NCBI GenBank assembly: GCA_963700305.1
Contig: CAVOXB010000027.1
Coordinates: 320,358 to 384,357, forward strand
Source of the DNA: an uncultured delta proteobacterium
GTDB taxonomy: Bacteria; Desulfobacterota; Desulfomonilia; Desulfomonilales; Desulfomonilaceae
Reading direction: 5' to 3'
Length of the DNA stretch: 64,000 bases
Shown piece by piece: positions 58,050-64,000 of this stretch. A model generated the notes under the pieces. It saw nothing but the letters and a program-made list of their open reading frames with translations, searched no databases and had not been told where the DNA came from. Each line of letters begins with the position of its first letter. Within the stretch, counting starts at the first letter, position 1. The position numbers and the translations under genes are program-made.

Positions 58050-59759
58050 ATGAATGTTGCGGAGCGAATTGTCGCCGCACTGGGTAGCGAGCCAGCGGAC
58101 TTGCTGCTGAAAAACGCTCGACTTGTAAATGTCTTTTCCGGAGAGATTCATCCAGTGTCCGTTGCCGTGAAAAAGGGCCTGGTAATAGGTTTTGGAGATT
58201 ATGAAGCGGCTGAGACAATTGATTTAGACGGACGGTACATTGCACCTGGATTTATAGATGGCCACCTTCACCTCGAATCCAGCATGCTCAGCATCCCGGA
58301 GTTTGCGAAGAATGTAGTCCCGTGGGGCACCACTTCAGTGGTCGCGGACCCTCATGAGATAGCCAACGTGATGGGGGTTAAAGGAATACAATATATACTC
58401 GATTCCAGTGAAGGGCTCCCTGTTCGGGTTTTCGTCATGTTTCCCTCGTGCGTGCCGGCCACCCCTTTTGAGACTTCCGGCGCGGAATTGACTCACGCGG
58501 ATATGATTCCTTATAAAGATCATCCCCGCATCCTGGGCCTGGCCGAAATGATGAATTTTCCTGGACTGCTCTTTTCAGACCCGGAAATCATCAAAAAGAT
58601 CGAGGTCTTTCAAAGCAAAGTCCTTGACGGGCACGCTCCGGGTCTCTCGGGAAAAGGCTTGGCTGCGTACGTCGCTGCTGGCATTGGTTCGGACCACGAA
58701 TGCACTTCGTTGGATGAGGCCAAAGAAAAGCTCCGCATGGGCATGCGCATAATGATCAGGGAAGGTTCCGCTGCCAAGAATCTCGATGCTCTGCTTCCAC
58801 TCGTAACTGAGCATAATTCCAGAAACCTGTTGTTCGTAACCGACGATTTGGACCCTGAAGACATCATGGAGAAAGGTCATTTGAACAGCCTCATACGAAC
58901 AGCCATAAAGAAAGGGATCGATCCGGTTCGAGCAATTCAAATGGCCACATTGAATCCCGCCTCGTACTTCAAGTTAAAGGGACTTGGAGGAGTGGCTCCC
59001 GGATACACGGCGGACCTGGTAGTGCTGGAAGACCTGGTGGATGTCAAAGTGACACGAGTGTATCAATCGGGCGTGCTGGTAGCAGAAAACGGCAAGACAA
59101 CCGCCGTGGTTAAGCGACACGGCAGCGAGCTCCCCAAGAGCATCAACGTGGATTGGGGCAAGGCGAGCGATTTGTCCATTGAAGCTCTAGGAAACACGGT
59201 AAACATCATTGGAGTTGTTCCGGGCCAGATCGTCACCAGACGAATCATTGAGAAAGCTCCGATCTCGGATGGAAAAGTGGTGGCAGATCCAGACAGAGAT
59301 ATTCTCAAGATTGCGGTAATCGAGCGTCACAAAGGCACAGGAGCACATTGCGTGGGGCTGATTCGAGGATTCGGCCTCAAGAGCGGAGCTATCTCAAGCA
59401 CCGTTGCTCACGATTCCCATAACATTATAGTAGTTGGTGCAAAAGAAGAGGATATGCTCATGGCTGCTCGCGAAGCGGCTGATATGGGGGGCGGAATGGC
59501 CGCGGTGGAGAATGGTCAAGTGCGTGCAAAATTGCCCCTTCCCATTGCCGGGCTGATGTCGGATGCTGGAATTGAATCTGTGCGCGCAGCTCTGGTGGAA
59601 CTCGGCCATGCGGCAACGGGAATGGGATGCAATTTGGAGAATCCCTTTGCAACGCTTTCTTTCATGGCGCTCACTCCAATACCTGAGCTAAAACTGACCG
59701 ACCAAGGGTTGTTTGATTCCTCAAATTTCAGATTTATTTCATTGTTCGACGAGTCTTGA
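58050..59759 (+). CDS. ade: Adenine deaminase
   Basis: 569 aa. ...IAPGFIDGHLHLESSML shows the metal-binding HxH motif. Matches the Ade family. Confidence 0.85.
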   Translation: MNVAERIVAALGSEPADLLLKNARLVNVFSGEIHPVSVAVKKGLVIGFGDYEAAETIDLDGRYIAPGFIDGHLHLESSMLSIPEFAKNVVPWGTTSVVADPHEIANVMGVKGIQYILDSSEGLPVRVFVMFPSCVPATPFETSGAELTHADMIPYKDHPRILGLAEMMNFPGLLFSDPEIIKKIEVFQSKVLDGHAPGLSGKGLAAYVAAGIGSDHECTSLDEAKEKLRMGMRIMIREGSAAKNLDALLPLVTEHNSRNLLFVTDDLDPEDIMEKGHLNSLIRTAIKKGIDPVRAIQMATLNPASYFKLKGLGGVAPGYTADLVVLEDLVDVKVTRVYQSGVLVAENGKTTAVVKRHGSELPKSINVDWGKASDLSIEALGNTVNIIGVVPGQIVTRRIIEKAPISDGKVVADPDRDILKIAVIERHKGTGAHCVGLIRGFGLKSGAISSTVAHDSHNIIVVGAKEEDMLMAAREAADMGGGMAAVENGQVRAKLPLPIAGLMSDAGIESVRAALVELGHAATGMGCNLENPFATLSFMALTPIPELKLTDQGLFDSSNFRFISLFDES

Positions 59760-59992
59760 TAGTTTCGCGAATGGACGAATGTGATCCAAACCCCTGCGTC
59801 TCGTCTGCCACGACAGCTATTTTGCGCGTCCATGCGGAAACGCGCGAATCAATGGCTCGAGGAAAAGCGCCCTTAGGAGTCAAAAAATAACGCACGCGTT
59901 ATGGTAATGTTGGGCGACCTTGAGGTGGCTACGAAATGGCGCAATGGCCGTCAGTAGGGGTCGGCGTCCTGCCGGCCCAATGTTGTTGACTT

Positions 59993-60086
59993 TTGCCGTC
60001 ATTCCGACGGAAGTCGGAATCCAGGCCGTTCAATGTTTTCTGGACCCCGGCTTTCGCCGGGGTGACGACGTGGGCTGAGGTCACCC
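59993..60086. repeat. Repeat family 1, copy C (CGTCATTCCGACGGAAGTCGGAATCCAGG...CCCCGGCTTTCGCCGGGG...)
   Basis: The first hairpin is the reverse complement of the right TIR of copy A. The second hairpin is nearly identical to the IS200 end hairpin CCCCGGCTTTGCCGGGG. Confidence 0.55.
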
Positions 60087-60184
60087 TATTTAACTCAACA
60101 GTATTGGGAAGCCGGCCCGAGGCAAGACTGCCTTATATTGACGCCGATGGCAAAAACGCCTCGAATATTTTCTCTGATCAACAT

Positions 60185-61144
60185 TCACAACGCTTCCCGC
60201 AACCTCGAAATCATGGCGCTCCAATGTGAATGATCCTTGAAAATCATCAGGCGCCCATCCAGCCCGATAAGTTGATTGTTTTGCTTTCGAGCCTTCATCC
60301 TGTACTTTGAGGCAAGGGTCACGGCGTGCTCCACAGGCTTCTTCATGTGAACGGTCCCGACTATTTTAATTTCAGGGTTTTTCGCCAGAAGGGTAGGGAT
60401 CGTATCGAGTACATCTTTATCGAACCAGCAATCAAAGTACGCTATTTTCGTCAATCTCGATCTGAAGACTTCCGCGTACGGATCGTCCTCGGGGCTTCGT
60501 GCAAGCCAGTTTCCCAAAGAATTCAGAACCCTTCCACCTCCGGAAAAACCAGCCAAAGCTAAGGTGGTTTTCTCCTTTTTTATGTGCGGAAATCTCTTTC
60601 TGAAGGCCTTGAAAATCCTGTTTACAGTCCTGAACAGTATTTCAGGCTTTTCGCCCGACGGAGGGGAAAGCGAAGCCCAACGATCTTGGCTCCTGAATTG
60701 ATGCAGATTGGGCGTATCTACAAATCCCACAAAAAGAAACGGACGATCTCGCCTTTCGGCGGCCAATAATTCCAATTCATTGCGGAAATCTCGATAGTAG
60801 TCCTTGGAGTGCATTCCGTGAAAATAGAGTATCAATTCGACTTGATCGAATCGTCTGAAATCATGACTTCCAACAAGCCACACGTAGCGCAGCTCATCGT
60901 CCCATGGGGGCACCCGCCACTTCTGATACGGAATTTTACCGCCCGGGCCGACGACCAGGCCCCTGTTTTCTTCCATAATGGGTAATTGTGTTTGCTGATC
61001 AATGTAAGGAGATCGGGAGAGCAGAGTGCAAGAGCATCCACAAAAACATACCGCCAGGACCAGTATGAATCGAAATACGCATACAGCCCATTTAGACCCC
61101 TTCGGGGCTGCTCGGCTATATTTACTGTTCCAGAGCGGAATCAT
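60185..61144 (-). CDS. Putative alpha/beta-hydrolase-like lipoprotein
   Basis: Lipobox-like FCGCS and a GxSxG-like motif (GFSGGG). Weak family assignment. Confidence 0.45.
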   Translation of the reverse strand: MIPLWNSKYSRAAPKGSKWAVCVFRFILVLAVCFCGCSCTLLSRSPYIDQQTQLPIMEENRGLVVGPGGKIPYQKWRVPPWDDELRYVWLVGSHDFRRFDQVELILYFHGMHSKDYYRDFRNELELLAAERRDRPFLFVGFVDTPNLHQFRSQDRWASLSPPSGEKPEILFRTVNRIFKAFRKRFPHIKKEKTTLALAGFSGGGRVLNSLGNWLARSPEDDPYAEVFRSRLTKIAYFDCWFDKDVLDTIPTLLAKNPEIKIVGTVHMKKPVEHAVTLASKYRMKARKQNNQLIGLDGRLMIFKDHSHWSAMISRLREAL

Positions 61145-61227
61145 GAGGATGAAAATCCCTCCATGTGGGATTTCCCTCCCCAGGCGGTCAATTTTATCAG
61201 TGTAAGGACGTCGTTGTCAACAGAGCA

Positions 61228-62169
61228 TCATTTTATATCATCAGCAACGCAATTATCAGCGTAAAATTTAAAGAATTGTCCCATGATGAAATTCACAGTG
61301 GTCTGGTTTACATGAAAATTCTCTCTTCCCTCGGCGAAAATGGAGTTTCCCATTAAAGGCATGTAAATGGTCGCCATTTCATAAGCTGGAAAATAGAAGA
61401 CATTTTCATGGTTTTCGGCAAATTGGTCAGCAACGGCCCTCAACGTGGATTTAGAGTTGCAGCTCGCTGCTATCACGTCCGAGTCTCTTCGGAAAGTAGC
61501 CCAGAGGTGAACCGGCGACACTGTGACGACTATCTTGCATGAAGGATTGTGCCTCGACATGATGGAGTGTATGCGCTCCAGGTTTTCAAGATTCTCATCG
61601 TACCTACTCACCCGGAACCTGTACCTGCTCATGTCCCCGCGTTCATTGACATAGGGCCCGGACGGCAAGCATATGACAGAGCCGTCTTCAACGTCCTCCC
61701 ATATCTCCGTGAGCCCCAGGGTCAGAATCGGTACCTCCGCTTTTTCGAGAGCCAGCCGAGAGTATGCACGGTGGTCCCGGAAATCAGCGTTGGCCTGCTC
61801 TTCGTTGTCGTAGAGAATAATTCTGCGGTAAGGGTCCTGAATTTTTCGGGAGGCAGGCGCTTTCCACCATCTTATCTGAGGATTCCATTCCTCGAAGGTG
61901 TACTGGAAGATCTGCCGCATAGAAAAGGAGTTGTAAAGCCGCTCCCAGGCGGCGCTTGCATGTTTTGATGCTGGGTGGTGGGTTTCCTCGGTAATGTAAG
62001 AATATCCCTCTCTTAAGAGCACTGTCTTTATCTCTCTGGCAAAACACGACCCCATGGAAGCAATGGGAGTGGATCGAGTGATCGAAAGATCTTGTCTCCC
62101 AGGGTGAGGGTACAAATCCATCCGCAAGAGGATTGTCGTACGAACCCGGCCACACTTGCCAGGATTCAA
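61228..62169 (-). CDS. GSCFA-domain protein
   Basis: The eponymous motif IASMGSCFAREI is present. Confidence 0.6.
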   Translation of the reverse strand: MNPGKCGRVRTTILLRMDLYPHPGRQDLSITRSTPIASMGSCFAREIKTVLLREGYSYITEETHHPASKHASAAWERLYNSFSMRQIFQYTFEEWNPQIRWWKAPASRKIQDPYRRIILYDNEEQANADFRDHRAYSRLALEKAEVPILTLGLTEIWEDVEDGSVICLPSGPYVNERGDMSRYRFRVSRYDENLENLERIHSIMSRHNPSCKIVVTVSPVHLWATFRRDSDVIAASCNSKSTLRAVADQFAENHENVFYFPAYEMATIYMPLMGNSIFAEGRENFHVNQTTVNFIMGQFFKFYADNCVADDIK

Positions 62170-62395
62170 ATGAATGAACAGGATGAACGTCAGACTTGGC
62201 CATTGGATGCCTCTTCAAAGCGGTAAGACTTGGAGGAACCTTTCGATTGTTAACACGTTCGCGTGCAAGCGAACACATATCTGTTAAATCGCGGAAGCAC
62301 GGAACTATTTGCAATATTTAGGAGTTTTTGGGGAGGGGTCCGGGGAGACCCTTTCTGCAAAAAGGGTCTCCCCGGGAATTCTTCCCAAGGCTCTT

Positions 62396-63619
62396 CTAAG
62401 CTCCGTATTTCGCCTGCCTGAGGGCGTGTGCGGTGATAAGTTTCATGAGGTCTACTCCCTTGAATTGACCCAAAGCACCTCGCAAACAGTGGCTTTCACC
62501 GAATTCAGTAACGTCCGGGTTTCGTCGCGTCAGTCCGGGTGCCCACAGGAGAACCGGAACCGGATGCCAACTGTGGGATTTTAAGACTGCGGGAGTTGAA
62601 TGGTCTCCGGTGACTACCAACACGTCAGGCTTAAGCTCTAAAATTCTTGGGATAACTTGGTCTACTTTCTCGATTTCAGCCACTTTCGCGTCAAAGTCGC
62701 CATCTTCCCCGCGGCTGTCGGTGTACTTATAGTGCACGAAGAAGAAATCAAAAGAGTCCCATTCCCGCTTCAGGGCATCTACCTGATCATCGATATTGGC
62801 CAGTTGTTCAATAAGTGTCATGCCTACCAGGCTGGCAAGTCCTTTATACATCGGATATACAGCCAAAGCGGCGGCCTTCAATTTGAATACACTTTCGAAC
62901 GTCGGCAAACCGGGCTCCCTGGACCACCCGCGCAGAGTAACCATATTTGCGGGTTTTTGGTCCTTGATTCGTTCGCGAACTTTTTCCACCCACTGATTCA
63001 CAAGGTCCGCAGTTCGTTTTGCCTCGGCCGAACCGTCCTGAACTTGCACCCGGAGGGGCTTGAGGCCCGTCTTCTGCGGGTCTGTTTCGTTAAGATTTTG
63101 AGACAGGCCGGGGCTTCTCAGGATGAGGGCGAACCTGTAATCCCTTACCGGCTTAACTATCACTTCCACGCCTGGCAGGGTAATGTCCTCTATCAGGCTC
63201 ACCATTCGAGCGCATTCCTCAGTCGAGATCCGTCCTGCTCGGCGATCCGTGATCACGCCGTTTTGGTCTACAGTGCAGAAGTTGCCTCTGGCCGCTACAT
63301 CGTTCTCCGACAGTTCAAGACCGATCCCCACCGCTTCCAGCACGCCTCTTCCTATAAGTGATTTCAGAGGATCATAACCGAAAAGGCCCAAGTGTCCTGG
63401 TCCGCTGCCCGGCGAAATACCGATGCCCACAGGATTCATGAGTCCCACCGCGCCTTCTCTGGCCAAACGGTCTAGGTTCGGGGTAGATGCGGCTTCCAGC
63501 TCCGTTGGACCTCCCGTTTCACGAGGAAGACCCCCAAGACCGTCCATAACTAAAAGAACGATCTTCGTTTCGCCTCCCTGGGTCAAATTTTTCATTAGAT
63601 CCAAATCAGTCATTTTCAC
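62396..63619 (-). CDS. apgM: Cofactor-independent phosphoglycerate mutase, archaeal type
   Basis: IVLLVMDGLGG...TPNLDRLAREGAVGL and the C-terminal metalloenzyme domain (VVTGDHSTP) are present. Confidence 0.8.
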   Translation of the reverse strand: MKMTDLDLMKNLTQGGETKIVLLVMDGLGGLPRETGGPTELEAASTPNLDRLAREGAVGLMNPVGIGISPGSGPGHLGLFGYDPLKSLIGRGVLEAVGIGLELSENDVAARGNFCTVDQNGVITDRRAGRISTEECARMVSLIEDITLPGVEVIVKPVRDYRFALILRSPGLSQNLNETDPQKTGLKPLRVQVQDGSAEAKRTADLVNQWVEKVRERIKDQKPANMVTLRGWSREPGLPTFESVFKLKAAALAVYPMYKGLASLVGMTLIEQLANIDDQVDALKREWDSFDFFFVHYKYTDSRGEDGDFDAKVAEIEKVDQVIPRILELKPDVLVVTGDHSTPAVLKSHSWHPVPVLLWAPGLTRRNPDVTEFGESHCLRGALGQFKGVDLMKLITAHALRQAKYGA

Positions 63620-63977
63620 CCTCCGAAATCAAAATTGTATTTAAGCACCAGAAAGTTAAAGGACTGGAGTTAGTTTGCGTTTTCGGCTTATTACCGACGC
63701 TTCTGCCACCTTCGATAACCCTGAGTGCGAGATTTCCGTCGTAGGCCCCTGATTCCAGAAGGGCCCGTCTGAAACGCGGCATATAAATTAGCTCAAATTC
63801 GGGATCCTTACCTGGAAAAAGGCGCATGGCAAATTCTTTTACACCGCAAATCATGGAATCCGCTTCAGACATTGAGACGCTGCCGGTCATCAAAAGCTGA
63901 ATCAAAAGGTCGGTCATTATTCTTAACTGTCGAATCCTACGATTCTCTTCCTGAATTTCCGGCTGCAATAAAGTCAT
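63606..63977 (-). CDS. Hypothetical protein (123 aa)
   Basis: ORF only. Overlaps the apgM start by 14 nt. Confidence 0.3.
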   Translation of the reverse strand: MTLLQPEIQEENRRIRQLRIMTDLLIQLLMTGSVSMSEADSMICGVKEFAMRLFPGKDPEFELIYMPRFRRALLESGAYDGNLALRVIEGGRSVGNKPKTQTNSSPLTFWCLNTILISEGEND

Positions 63978-64000
63978 TCAGAAATCTCCTCTCGCAAAAG

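Overview
This 64-kb window looks like a chromosomal segment from an anaerobic Desulfobacterota (Deltaproteobacteria)-type genome, about 50-53% GC, with frequent GTG/TTG starts and use of selenocysteine. The assignment to that lineage is an inference from gene content.

Housekeeping and redox genes are interleaved with accessory material. Core genes and RNAs I can support:
- a selenocysteine-containing formate dehydrogenase alpha subunit (in-frame UGA plus a SECIS hairpin)
- folE2 and queD
- smpB followed by tmRNA (ssrA)
- dnaX with the SRP (4.5S) RNA immediately upstream
- truA, pdxS and pdxT
- mtnP and ade
- apgM
- an orphan mannose-type PTS IID gene with ptsH and ptsI
- a yqiJK-like NfeD-flotillin operon
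- a methyltransferase, UbiA prenyltransferase and cytochrome b5-domain gene cluster
- an Hdr-like cluster ordered MetV-like, short HdrA, HdrA'-MvhD fusion, HdrC, HdrB, GcvH-like lipoyl protein

Accessory material:
- A roughly 4.9-kb island sits at the 3' end of tmRNA. It is bounded by a 29-nt direct repeat of the tmRNA 3' end and carries no integrase. It contains a 1217-aa secreted multi-domain protein (HEAT repeats, a 2x ~330-aa duplicated module of unknown function, an LprI/DUF1311-like domain, ankyrin repeats), a degraded HicB-like stub and an IS200/IS605 element.
- Next to the island is a distinctly GC-richer segment that carries an arylsulfatase gene.
- Toxin-antitoxin loci: a HigBA-like pair, two tandem MntA/HepT modules that flank a PilZ-like gene and each have one inactivated partner, and a VapBC-like pair.
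- A degenerate IS110 transposase.
- Two families of short intergenic hairpin repeats. One is MITE-like with terminal inverted repeats and resembles IS200 ends. The other is REP-like.

At least four genes are disrupted: three by single-base frameshifts (an epimerase, ptsI, mntA copy 2) and one by an in-frame stop (hepT copy 1). I cannot tell from sequence whether the three frameshifts are genuine or assembly errors. No CRISPR array was seen.
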